Origin: Haplodiscus bocki
Taxonomy: Eukaryota
DNA length: 64,000 bases
Assembly: GCA_965655095.1 (NCBI GenBank)
Contig: OZ296655.1
Span: forward strand, 84,506,001-84,570,000
Reading direction: 5' to 3'
Position numbers and translations under genes: made by a program. The notes under the pieces were generated by a model, which did no database searches, was not told the DNA's origin, and saw only the letters and a program-made list of their open reading frames with translations. Positions 1-11,499 of the stretch are shown in pieces. Within the stretch, counting starts at the first letter, position 1; the number at the start of each line of letters is the position of its first letter.

Positions 1-419
1 AGCAAGGTAGCACAGCTTATTTACCTTAAAGATTATGAAGTCATCAGACTAGTAGAGACGGAAAACGTACGCAACAAGTACTCACTCATAGATTCTATCA
101 CGTTGTAGTACAGTAATGCTGTTTTAAATATATAAATTTTATACATCACTGTTTACAACAGCGTTTCCTGCAAGTCAGTCACTCCAATTACACCTATAAG
201 GTGAATTTTTTGACATGCACAAACAAATCATATAAGACTAGCAACTTTTCAGGTTCGGATACACTGTGCAATTCTGATTATTCCGTAATAGTTCTGTCCA
301 AGTCTAGATCAGTTTAGTATTGTGATCCGTTTATGTATACAGATCAGCTAGAAGAAGATTAAGGAAAACGTGCAAACAAAACCTGCTGTTTCGTTTTGCA
401 GTTCATTAGCTCCCTTGAG

Positions 420-2870
420 GATCTCGGATTGTTCCTGTTCTCAGTAACAACTTTCGCCTGCAGGTTCCTCAGTTGTGTTGCGACACGCCCATTTCTGGAC
501 CTTTCTCAGTCTGGCCTTTCTCTTCTGCTTTCTTGGCGATGAAAAATTGCTTGAGGAGAAAAAACATCTTCTAGCATTACAAGAATGGAATGCGCTGACA
601 GCTGAAGAGATGAACCAATTATCTATTGTACTGGTCGTCTTAGAAGGTGTGGAAATTACAGAAACAACTAAAGATGTCAAAGATGGGGGGCAGTCAACAG
701 CTATTTTTCAGCGTGCCCTTGGTATGCTTTCGGGAAACCGGAAACTTCACAAAAAATTAGTTCAATAGGAAATTTGATTCATTCAGGCTGCAAGGAAAAA
801 GAGAAGTTCGTCTCACATAACCATAGAGATTTGCTGGCTCATTCAACTCTGATTCCGAAATGAAAGCTTGGAGCTCCGGAGCTGTTACAGAGAAAATCAA
901 AACAGTTCCACCCTGATGGTTCCTCACGAGTCAATGGAAATCAAGATTTCAAGTGTTTATCTTCTTGGTGGGCTCTCTTCTTTTCACCATTACTCAAAGA
1001 AAACAGTCAAAATCAAGAGATGATGAGTCTGTTGAATGGAGGCAGATCAAAACTGGACGGTTTAAAAACGCTTGTGGAAGCTGCTGAAATGAAGAAGAGG
1101 ACTGACTTGAGTAACTGATGTGTCGAAAACAAAAAACGTTAATCCCTGTCCCTTTAGGCGGGAACGCTGGGTACTTTTGGTGGTAAAAGTTAAAATTGAT
1201 GAAATCGAGTGACTGTCGTTATGGTCACAGGGTAATGGTTTGTAAACAAGTCAAGGAATCGAAAACATGAGCTGAGGATCTCTCTAGCATCGTTCTTTAT
1301 TGTGTCCTTGAAATGGCATCCTGACGTCATTGCTGGCTGTCAAAAGCATCAGTAGTAAAACAATCAAGAATTCATTGTAAAAGATCTGGTAATCCACCAT
1401 TTGATTGCCATTTTGTTCATTCAATTCCAACATCATTTCTGAACGAACTGAGGTCACAGATGAATCTGTGGTGGAGGGCGGGGCTAGGTCCCACTTGGTT
1501 CATTCCGGATCAAACCCGGATTTTTCTGACGTTCCCTCCTCTGATCAGTTCTCTTTCAGAAAGATGGTGAGGCAGTTCGGGATGGGAGTGTAGCTGCTGC
1601 CGCCGAAGGTAACGGTACTGAGGCAGATGGCGAAGTGGAAGACGTTTCTGTTGGTGGAGCACACTTGAGAACTGTAGGCGACCAGTCAGAGAGCTTCTCG
1701 TTTGAGGGGGCAAGGAGGTGGACGGAATTGATTTTGGAATCTGGCACCGTTTTTGACGCCACTGGACTACCGCTATGTTAGTTTTCCAAATTCATGACAA
1801 CCTTTACTTTTTATTAGGTTTTCACATTAGCTAGATTATTCATCTGTTAAGTTAGTTATCATGTGCGCAAAAACTAATACAAGCTGATTCCGCTATTGCG
1901 GTAAATTTCAGTGAAAGTTTCTGTTGGAGAACTTGCCACAAGACCGCCCTGCAGTAGCGTGCATGGTTTGTCTTATTCTGCCAGCTAGGTTGAAGTTGGA
2001 GGTGCATCTCTGGTGAGGGTTATATCCGAAAGATACCCGGGAATATTTTTTGGTGGCTGTAGTTGATGTTAAAATTTAACTCGAATAACTCTCTGGCAAA
2101 TTTCAGCATTTATAGTTTCCTTGTTCTTTTTGAGGCAACAAAGTAGAGACTGGTAATGATGGGGCAGGGCACTTGTCCACTGGCTTCAAAAGGTGAGAAG
2201 GTGCAAAAGAGACGGGCTGGTATTACCAGACGACTTGTACTGCTAACTGGGATGCCGAGAAATGTCTTCGTGCAATCAATTTTAGTGAAAGTTGAAGTCG
2301 AGAGATGCATGAGAAAGCTTTCGATGAGGGTGTATTTTCGTTCTAAACGAATAATCATCTACTATTGCTTAACCTTTGTTCCTTGATGGCAAACCTTCTT
2401 TTTCTGTTTTAGATCAGTACTCCAACGATCCTTCGTCTGCTAATATTCGCACTATTGGACAAAATTTCTTGTCATTTTATTGTTTCGTGTGCGATGAGGA
2501 AAGACCTTAACTCTTGAGTCCTCTTATGGGCAGTCACTGTATCCGGAGCGGTTTTCCCTGATTTTTTGTTTATTTTGTATCAGCGGAGCAAACCAAGTTG
2601 TTTCAGGTACCATCAAGGCCACAACAACTTTCCACGGAAACTGCTAGCACAAATGGTGAGAAAATTGATGCAGACCAGCTTCGGAGGAAAGTGATTTCAA
2701 AGTACATTTCCAAAACCAAGAAGAATTACGCTGTAGATGATTTGGCTCGCTTCCTCGTTACGGGTCCCACTGATGTTTCCACTGAAAATTGCGTTTTTTG
2801 AAAATGTACAGCGGTTTTGACTCACAGCATATTTGAGATACTGCTCCATTTTTAAGGAACTCGCCATTAT
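420..2870 (-). pseudogene. Decayed protein-like ORF tract, possibly the 3' accessory region of a Gypsy element (family A?)
   Basis: Fragmented minus-strand frames (MASKTVPDSKINSVHLLAPS... 1556-1762; MASSLKMEQYLKYAVSQNRC... from ~2870). Same strand as the adjacent element but separated by the gap. No recognisable domain. Confidence 0.3.
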
Positions 2871-2953
2871 ACTCGTGCTTCACCTTAAGACACCTGTCTA
2901 ACGGGTTCTCGAGTACAAGGACAACTTATTCACCAAAGGTGAGTTGTAGAGGC

Positions 2954-3006
2954 AGAGAGAGAGAGAGAGAGAGAAAGAGGGAAAGAGAGAAAGAGACGGA
3001 GAAATA
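2954..3006. repeat. (GA)n microsatellite / purine tract
   Basis: agagagagagagagagagagaaagagggaaagagagaaagaga running into the N gap. Confidence 0.9.
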
Positions 3007-3007
3007 A

Positions 3008-3250
3008 NNNNNNNNNNNNNNNNNNNNNNNNNNNNNNNNNNNNNNNNNNNNNNNNNNNNNNNNNNNNNNNNNNNNNNNNNNNNNNNNNNNNNNNNNNNNN
3101 NNNNNNNNNNNNNNNNNNNNNNNNNNNNNNNNNNNNNNNNNNNNNNNNNNNNNNNNNNNNNNNNNNNNNNNNNNNNNNNNNNNNNNNNNNNNNNNNNNNN
3201 NNNNNNNNNNNNNNNNNNNNNNNNNNNNNNNNNNNNNNNNNNNNNNNNNN
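3008..3250. other. Assembly gap (243 N)
   Basis: Run of N. Confidence 1.
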
Positions 3251-3479
3251 TTCTGCGGTACCTAGAATAACCGTTTCGAGGGTACCTCATCCGGGGTGCC
3301 TCCGGGAGTGGTTATCCCTAGCTCCCAATGCTCGCAAAGATGTCTTCTCTAGGCGACGTAATGCCGTTAGGCGAGAACTAAAAGCTCTTAGAAAGTGCTC
3401 AGGGATGCTCTGTGCTGACAACCAGCTGCATGAAGGCTACCATTGCTTGTCTTTCAACATGGCTCTGGTTAGTGCTGTA

Positions 3480-4510
3480 TTTCATCCGGAACATTGAGTA
3501 TTTCTCTGGTCCAATTTTTTACTAGTCCCTTGTTTTAGTCGATCGTCAGTCAGACTGAATAGCACTTCCCTCATGTTCTGACGCATATCCTTGATTGAGA
3601 GAAGACGCATAAGCAAATCAGCTTTGAATTCACGGAGCCAGGATCTTCCACCTGGGAATTTTGAGGACATGGGAGAATGACGAATGCTACGGTCTGGTCG
3701 TGGCTGTGATCGATTGATTTCCTGGTGACGATGAGAAAGATTTGATCATTCTGGGGCAGGTAGTTTGCGCTGTTTCCATTGGAGCATCTCTCTGGTCTTC
3801 TTCTGCTGGCTCGCTCACATTGGCTGCGTGTCACAATGTGTATCCTGAGAGTGGGGAAGTTTAAAAAATACCCGGTTTTCAACGTCCGCTCGCTGAAACG
3901 CTGCTGGGAATAAACTGCCTCTTTTGCGTTTGGAACCCTCCACTTTTTTCCTATAACCGAGTTTATTTCGAACTGTCTAAGTTCTTGTTAGATCCTGGCT
4001 TGTTCCAGTTCTTTGTCGTTTGTATCATATCGGTGTTCTTTTTTGTTGAATGTAACATTTTTGTTGTGCAGCTCTCCATAGGGAGTGACGATGAATGACG
4101 TGCACAATTTTGTACGGAATCCACTGTTCACGCATCGAAAGTTATTCATCGACAATTGCGTTAGAAATCTCGCTGCGCAAACAGTGGTTTCCGTAGAAAA
4201 ACCTGCATGGCACACATAGTGAATAACTTTGGAGTTTGTAATCTGCTGTGAAGGCAGCGGCTATCATTTGCGCAAATTCATCGTATGAGCTCTAAAATTG
4301 TGTGCTACTTGAGGAAAATGCGTCTGTGGTCAATGACCTGAAAACGTCTTGAGATGTTGTTGCTGTGCGCACCAGAAATGCGCGGGACAAGTCGGGGAGA
4401 TGGTCTGGTTATCAGAGTGTTAAGCTTATTGTTGTGAGCGAGCCATATGGCCGGACTGTTGCTCAGATTTCGGATGCAGTGGAGGTTGGGAAGCTGAATA
4501 CTTGACAAAA
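3480..4510 (-). pseudogene. Disrupted ~1-kb accessory ORF downstream of integrase (unknown function)
   Basis: ORF fragments 4305-4508, 3988-4215 and 3571-3882 chain on the element strand; the latter two share a frame. Confidence 0.4.
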
Positions 4511-5649
4511 TCCTGCTCCGGAGCTACCGATAGCAAATACTAGTGTGCCAACAACGAGCCTCGGGAAAGGGATACGGAAGGGGAAGTCGACACCAGCTCT
4601 AGTCCAGGGGCGTGTCTTTTTTCATAATGAATCTTGTTTTGTTCCCTAGAAGCGGAGCTGTTATTTCGAGCACCCGAGTTTCGCAAACAAATTTAATAAG
4701 CAAGAAAAACCTGTGATTTTGCCTGCGAGTAAACGAAGTCGTCGTTTGCTGCACCTGTTTTTCAATCCAATCACTTTAAACAACTTTTGACTGATATTGT
4801 TAGAATTGCAAGGTAGTACTCGAGTATTGAGTTGATTGTATATACCCTGTTAGTCACTTTGTACAAAAAAGTAATTTTTGAAAATGTTGCACAGAAGTAT
4901 CCTCAAAAAACTACGAGTAACTAGTAGGTAGTCGTGTGTGCTCCGGTGTACAATATAGTATTTTTTCAGTCACGTTTACGTATATGCTCCGTGGAACATA
5001 CTAGGTCGTATTGGGATTATACCATTAATACAAAAGCATTTCAGTATCACTTACCATCGCTGGAAATCGAGATCCGATTATGACGCTAAACGTTTTTTTT
5101 TACTGCGGTTAGAGGAGAAAAATATACGTCGTTCCGACTTCGTATTCGGACTCTTATATCAGTGTAACCCTTATATCATGATCAGTATCCGTTCAGTCAC
5201 GAATCCTGTCTGTTTGAGAAGACTATCCAAGAGGAATTTCTTGGTATGATTCCTGGAATGGTTCATGCTCTGTCAGAAGTCTGTCGGATTTGATCACACT
5301 GTCAGTTCAAGTGAACTAAGATGGTCAAAAATTCTGACTACCATGCTTGGGTGTACAGGTCGTCATATTTACTGATTATCTCAGGCCCAGGCTTCCGTTT
5401 TTGTGACGTGGTTTGTACGTTTGGTATGAGTCCTGTAGGCGTAAGCGGTCGTGCTCTCATGCGATGAAGTCGATGGAGTACTGGTGTTTTGTCCGTTCTG
5501 ATTTTGCGTACCGGATTGTTTTTATTCGGTATTTTTTTTCAACAATGTAACGACCAATCCACTGAAATTCTGTGAAGGCGGCTGTTCTACTTCTTCGATC
5601 ATCTGCTGTCGCCTACAACAAGGAGATTTAATCTCCTTTTCTCACTTTT

Positions 5650-6516
5650 TAAGGCATTCAATTTTTTGTCATAGTACGTTTTTTACTTGTAGGCCCGCAT
5701 AGCGTTTTTGTGAACATCCTTGAAGATCTTTGCTGTTTGCACAAGAAGGTTTTGAGAAATCTGCGAGGTAGGCGTGGCTCCTGTGGACGAAGGTCCACTT
5801 TCAGATTGGTGATCGTGGAACACTCTGCAGCATTCACACTCGTCTTTCTGTTGGCAGGATGTGGTGAAGTCCAGGGACTGCAATCTCAAAGTACTTGTGC
5901 CACATTGATCGTCTGTTGTCCGATACACTCTCCAGTATTTTTTTCATTGATGCGTGCAATCACAAAGAAAGGGTTCCAATCGTTCGCGCATGTTTCGGGG
6001 AATCATGTGCCAGAGTGTTTCCTAGAACATGAGCTACTGCTCTGATGACTTGGGTTAAAAAGGCTGATCCCTTGTCATAAGCGATCGCTGTTGCCAAATG
6101 TGCGTGTTTGATAAAATTGTTGAATATTACTAGAGCAACCGTTTTAGTAGCCTGGCTCGCTGTACAGCAAGCAAAAACGTATCTACAAAACACGTCTGTC
6201 ACTATATTTTCACAGCCACGGGATAGAGATGCTTCGTGGGAACCAAATCAACCTTAAAGGCTTTTTCAGGTCCCGTTACGGGTTCAATGGAGTTTTTAAA
6301 AGTTAAGTGGATGAGTCTGTTGTCAATTTTTGATTCTTTGATACATTGCTCACATGATGTAACCCATTTTCTGATTAGGTGTGCCCTCATCTGGTAGTAC
6401 TTTTTTTCTCTGTTAGCAATTAAAGTTTCAAGTTTTGAGGGATAATTTTCAAAATCTCCGTGCAGGGCTCGTAGTACTTCAGTCACCATATCCTTTGGTG
6501 TGAGAGTGTTTGGCAA
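5650..6516 (-). pseudogene. Integrase remnant (HHCC-type zinc region + DDE core)
   Basis: VLRALHGDF...IRKWVTSCEQC (zinc-binding region); VDLVP, DVFCRYVFA, AYDKGSAFLTQV, KHARTIG (rve-like core). Confidence 0.9.
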
Positions 6517-6999
6517 TTTTTGAAATTACCCGTGTTTCCTGAGTACTTCCAGAGTAGTAGGCTGTCCTGGATTAAGATGCAACCTTCGTTTGCTGAATGG
6601 TGCTTGTATCTGTTGTCTAATGTTGATAGCATCTCATCATCTGGCTGGCTCAAGCCCTTGGAGTTCAGTTTCTTTAGCACAAGATTGAAGTTTTCCAATA
6701 CTCGTGGGCGTGCATTTGCCTGGATTCCATTACTGGAGTAATGCGTAATTTTTTCCGTTGATTTGTGCAAATTCACTGTTAATGTCTTCATTGAGGAGGG
6801 TTCCTAGTTTGCTCTCATTGTGTTGAGTTCTTACGAGATCGTTTGATTTTTTGAAGGACTCGTTCCTCCGTCTCCATACTGATGTCTGCTGGTGTGGAGT
6901 GGAATTGTTTCTCAACTGCGACATCCGAGAAGGACATTCTCAACACAATCGTTGTTGTCTGTCAAGTTTCCCAGATTTTGATCGGGATCTTCTCCATAA

Positions 7000-8200
7000 C
7001 GTTCGGTTCCAGCTTGGAGTGAAATGTAGTTACTGTGCTCATTAAACTCATAATGTCTACTGTTTTGACAATTAATTGCAACATATAAGTGTATTCGTTC
7101 TACGGCGACGGTGGAATGGCTTTTCTCTGCGAGAAAAGTGTGATTGAAACAAAATTTGTGAAAACGGTTGCTGGTTTGGTTGTTTTCCCTACAGTTTTTG
7201 CAAACTTGAAAAAATCCATGAAAGTTTTCAAGGACTTTTACGAGTGTTTGACACTCTGAGTTGAGCAGGGAAGAATATTTTTGATGCAATTGCTTTTAAG
7301 GCATTGTTTTTCCGCTGACATTGTACTTTTTGTTCTAGGTTATCCTGAATAATGAGAAAAAAAACAACTGCGCTTGAAGCTTGCGTTTGTCATGAAGACG
7401 AGTAGTTTTCCTGGTGGAGGCTGTTTCAAAGCTAGTTAGTAAGCATCCCTGGGTGCCCTAATCACTGATTTGAACCCTTCTTTGACCTCAGCTGTAAAGT
7501 TTTTCGGCGTCTTGCCTTAAACATTTTATAGCAAAGACTAGGACTTTTAGCCATCTTGGGGATTTACTCTCTGTATAAACTCTTAATCCTTGGTTGTGCT
7601 GCAAAACTTTTTCCATTTGGAGAATCTCAATTCACTGATGAAACTTTGGATTTGAGGACTTATGGTCGAAAACCTCGAAGTGACATAGTCGTGTCAAAAA
7701 AAAAACAACTTAGTTAACTCCATAATAGCGCCTCCCCACTGTTAGTTTCAATACTGCCGTACAAATACACTTAAAGATTGCCCAGATGTTCCGGGTAAGA
7801 TACGTAGGGTTATTGGCTTCACGCCCAATGCCGGCTAGATATTGAATACATTCCTGAACCTGGACAACTGACATCAACTTCTCGCGCATGCTGTTTGAAA
7901 ATGCCGAAAAAAATTTGTTCAGACTCTATGCAAGTCTTCTGTAAGCAGAGGGTCTGCTGATAAAATTACTTGCAAGCAATTCCGATGACCGTTAGTTTCC
8001 ATCTGCGCTGGAGCAACCCAGCTCAGAGAAAATGCAATTGCCTGCCAGTTGTTTCACTGAGTCCGATGAAATTCAATCTGGATGTCTCTTTTTGGTACAA
8101 TCACCCGCAATCAAACTGTTGATTTCCGTGAAATACAGAAATAGACGTAATTTTCTGTGAGGTTTTCCATTGGGAAAAAAATTGCAATTTCGTAGTTCGA
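7000..8200 (-). pseudogene. Reverse transcriptase + RNase H remnant
   Basis: GKPHRKLRLFLYFTEINSLIAGD (RT N-part); AYRRLA*SL..FSAFS; QYLAGIG (decayed YVDD); LLVFMTNASF (RNase H TDAS-like motif). Confidence 0.85.
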
Positions 8201-9049
8201 AAAGGGCAGCACTGTCACTATTCAATGACTGTGCATCACGGCTATTTCAACAGTTAAGTCTCTTTTCGGATAGATGGGTATTTGTTGTTTTGGCTGTACA
8301 CAGCTTTGTCATTTTTTCTTTTGAGTTCCACTCTGAACTCTGGGTTAATCGTGACGTCCAATATGTTGTCTCTGGCATAGTTATCGTGAGGTTCGACAGA
8401 GATAATTTTAAGGGCTCTTTTTTGACTTCAGTAAGCAGTGTATCGGCCCAATGAAATCCACGGAGGCGTCTGCCTTCTGATCAAGTATCATCTTTTGTGG
8501 TCAGTTTTTTTTCGCCTTCATTTCCTACACTTCATTGAGCATAGAGGTCTTTATTGGGATGTAGTCCTCAGTTCTTCTCGGATTTTTGTGTTTTGGAAAC
8601 CAGAATGTGTTGCTCTGCTGTTTTGGTTTATTTGATCTGACTAGCTCGTTCAGGTAAGTAGTAAGATCCAAATTACACTCAGGAATCTTCATGAGGATTG
8701 CCATATCGCCCGGTTTGATGAACTTGGATTGCTCCGGTGTCGCTACGCAGAGCGCGGAAATTTGTGTACTCTTTACGATCCGTGTAAGGTGATTTGGTCT
8801 TGTTTGCTACTCCGACTGTTACTTTCTTGTTGAACATGGTTGACATTCGAGAAACTTGAACAAATTTGCCGTTTCTGTAAGTTTTTGTAGTGGCTCCACA
8901 GTAGTTGTTTTGTTCCATTCTAATGAGCGACAAACGGAATGTGTGATTGCTTTTTGTCATTAGGGGGATGTTCAGTTCCTTTTACTGAAGACATAATGGT
9001 GTTTTGCACCAGTTTCGCTATTAGCTCTTTTGATTTGCATCGTCAAAAG

Positions 9050-9400
9050 AGAAAATCGGTGAGGTTTTGAGTAGTATAAATGGCTACACTTTTAGGTTTC
9101 ATACAATGCAAGCCAACGATTAGCCCTGTCCACTTGTTGATTGTGATGAAATGTTCTGCGGTTATGTGATTTCCGTTATCGACCTTGAGTGTGGCTGTTG
9201 CTGCTGTTTTCTATAACTGGCCATTCCTCACCTGTATAATGAAACTTGGAGTTACGACAATTTCCAAGATATTGGTAGGGGTTTTTTGTTTGATTCTGTT
9301 CAACCCAGTTTGACCGATTTCATTGACCTTTGCAATTGAGTCTTGTAGCGCATATGTTTTCAGGCTGCTCTGGAAAGCCAAAGGCTTTTACATTGTTCAA
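9050..9400 (-). pseudogene. Aspartic protease remnant
   Basis: YALQDSIAKVNEI resembles a decayed ALxDSGAxVSxI site at the expected position between gag and RT. Confidence 0.55.
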
Positions 9401-9479
9401 CTTTTTCTTTTGAGGACTTTTGTGGAGGACAGTGGCATACACTCCTTTATGATTTCTCAATTTGTGGGGTTGTTATTGT

Positions 9480-10941
9480 GAGAAGGCGGATTTTGTCATC
9501 TACATATGCTGCTGTTGTGATGGAACTTGTCTAAATAGTTTCGACTTGACAATTCTAGGCGTTGTTGGGTAATTAGTACTGGTCCACACCTTGCTTCCAT
9601 TACTCGGAACTGTTCCGTAGCTGTTCCACTTCCTCGCGGAGGGGTCCGTTTTGTAACGACAATTGTGTGGCAACATCAAAAAGTTGAGTGTGTTCAAGTT
9701 GGTGTGTCTTTTGGGTAGTTTCGGTGGTAGAATCAAGAATAATATTAACCATATTGTTAATATCCATGGATGTCTCCGGAAGTTGCTGCCAGACAATTTC
9801 TGGTGTTGGGGAAAAGTTTGTCAAATTGTGGGTCTCTGGTCCGTCAGGTGCAATTCCGGATCGAAGGTGTGGCGTTTTTTGTTCATAGCTTGGGCTGCAG
9901 CCTGTGCACTTCCAAGTCTTTCAGCATTCGTTTTTGTGACATGACGGTTCACATTTCTCTTTGATAGCTCGTCTGCAGCTTCTAACCGTTCGTTTCAAAC
10001 TTTTTTTTCACACAAAGTTTGTTTTCATGTGCTATTTTCTAAGTCCGCCTTTTTATGTCAACTTTTTCAGGAGTAGAATCCTTGAGGCATTTATGAAGTG
10101 GTATTTGATTACATGACCAGGTGTTCCGAATGCGTCTTCTGCGATTCTTGAAGGTCATCAGGAAAACCCAGTAAATTTTAGTGTGTTGGGTCAAAGGCAT
10201 AGTTCTGAACTTTTTGTTTTGCTGCGTCCTGTGGCTGTAGCTCCGCTAATTTTCTAATGAAAACTGCTAGAAAGTCTTTCAGGTTTTCTCAAGTTGGGCT
10301 GCGGATTTTTTTGAACACCTGCGTTGCATCAAAACGCAAGTGACAGTGGAAATAATTTTTTTTGTCATCTTCAGTCAACTGGTTGTGTATCTTGAGGGTC
10401 TTTTGCAATAGATCTTTAAACAGTTCAAACTCATCATTTTTTTTCGTCAAAAGTGGGCTTTGTTGGTGTAAATGACACTGGAAGCTTGGAAGCTCTATTG
10501 ATGCATTTGTTGAAGATTGCAGGATTGATGTTGCTTGCCAACTGTTCGGACGCTAGAAACAACAATCCATTTCAATCACCGCAGGGGTGTTTTTTGCAGA
10601 AATGCAGTTGACTCGAAGAGCGCACTTTATTTTGTGTCTAATGTACTCCCAGGGCCCAGGGGAGCATTGACATTGATGTTCTTTTTGGATTCCTGTCGCC
10701 ATGCGTGATATCTCTTCCATGTGTCTACTTTGAAGGGTACTGGTGAGCGAACACCCAATTCAGAGTCAACACCATTCTGGGAACAGTCTTCATTTGTTTC
10801 CTGGTTTGGCCCTTTAGAGTTACATGATAGCTCCGGGATGGATCTGCAGAGCACCCGACTTTGTGGGTTCAAAAGAAATTCGTGTAACTTAGAGAGAGCA
10901 TCAGGAATTTTGCCTTCTGCCCAAATGAACTCCTGGCACAT
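9480..10941 (-). pseudogene. gag remnant
   Basis: PTFDEKNDEFELFKDLLQKTLKIHNQLTEDDKKNYFH resembles a retrotransposon gag domain; lies upstream of PR. Confidence 0.7.
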
Positions 10942-11499
10942 TTTTTGTCACTCTTCCTTCTGTTTCCTGTGACACCTGAGTAAAGTGATCATATTGAGTT
11001 TCGCGAGCGACTGGTTAACCCAGGAAGTTCCTCGTGATTTAACTTTTTGATGGTAGCTAATTTTTATTTCGTTATAAGTGTTGGTTTTTCCAAATTGAAA
11101 AAGTTCTAAGCGTGTTTTGAGAGTGAATTGATTTTCTATTCCTTTTTCAACATGCAAGCAATACTGTCAGTGTCACAGACATACTGGTTATTAACAACAG
11201 TACCAAAGATGTTTCTTTACTACTTTCGTTCCTACTATTCGCAACTTTTGACTGGCCGTACATAATAATTGTTCACACGCCGAGTCAAAGTACATATAGG
11301 GAAAAAGTACTTTAAAATCAACAGATCAGTTAACAAATGCCGCCTCGTGCTGCAAATGAACATCTATCCATCAATTTTTTTTCTCACAGAACCATTTTTT
11401 TCCTTCTTTCGACAGGAAGTGAGGGGGCATAAGTCGTTGGAAAGAGACACCAAATTCCTTTTTCCCACGGTAACAAACCTATTTTCCAAAAATGGAGAA

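Larger units (their letters stand above)
3251..11160 (-). mobile_element. Degenerate Ty3/Gypsy LTR retrotransposon, family A
   Basis: Minus-strand order gag, PR, RT, RNase H, IN (Gypsy-type order) with many stops and frameshifts. LTR pair not identified; ends approximate. Confidence 0.88.

Noticed and set aside
2898-3290. 130-aa ORF in the track
   Set aside because: Artefact of translating the N gap and GA repeat.
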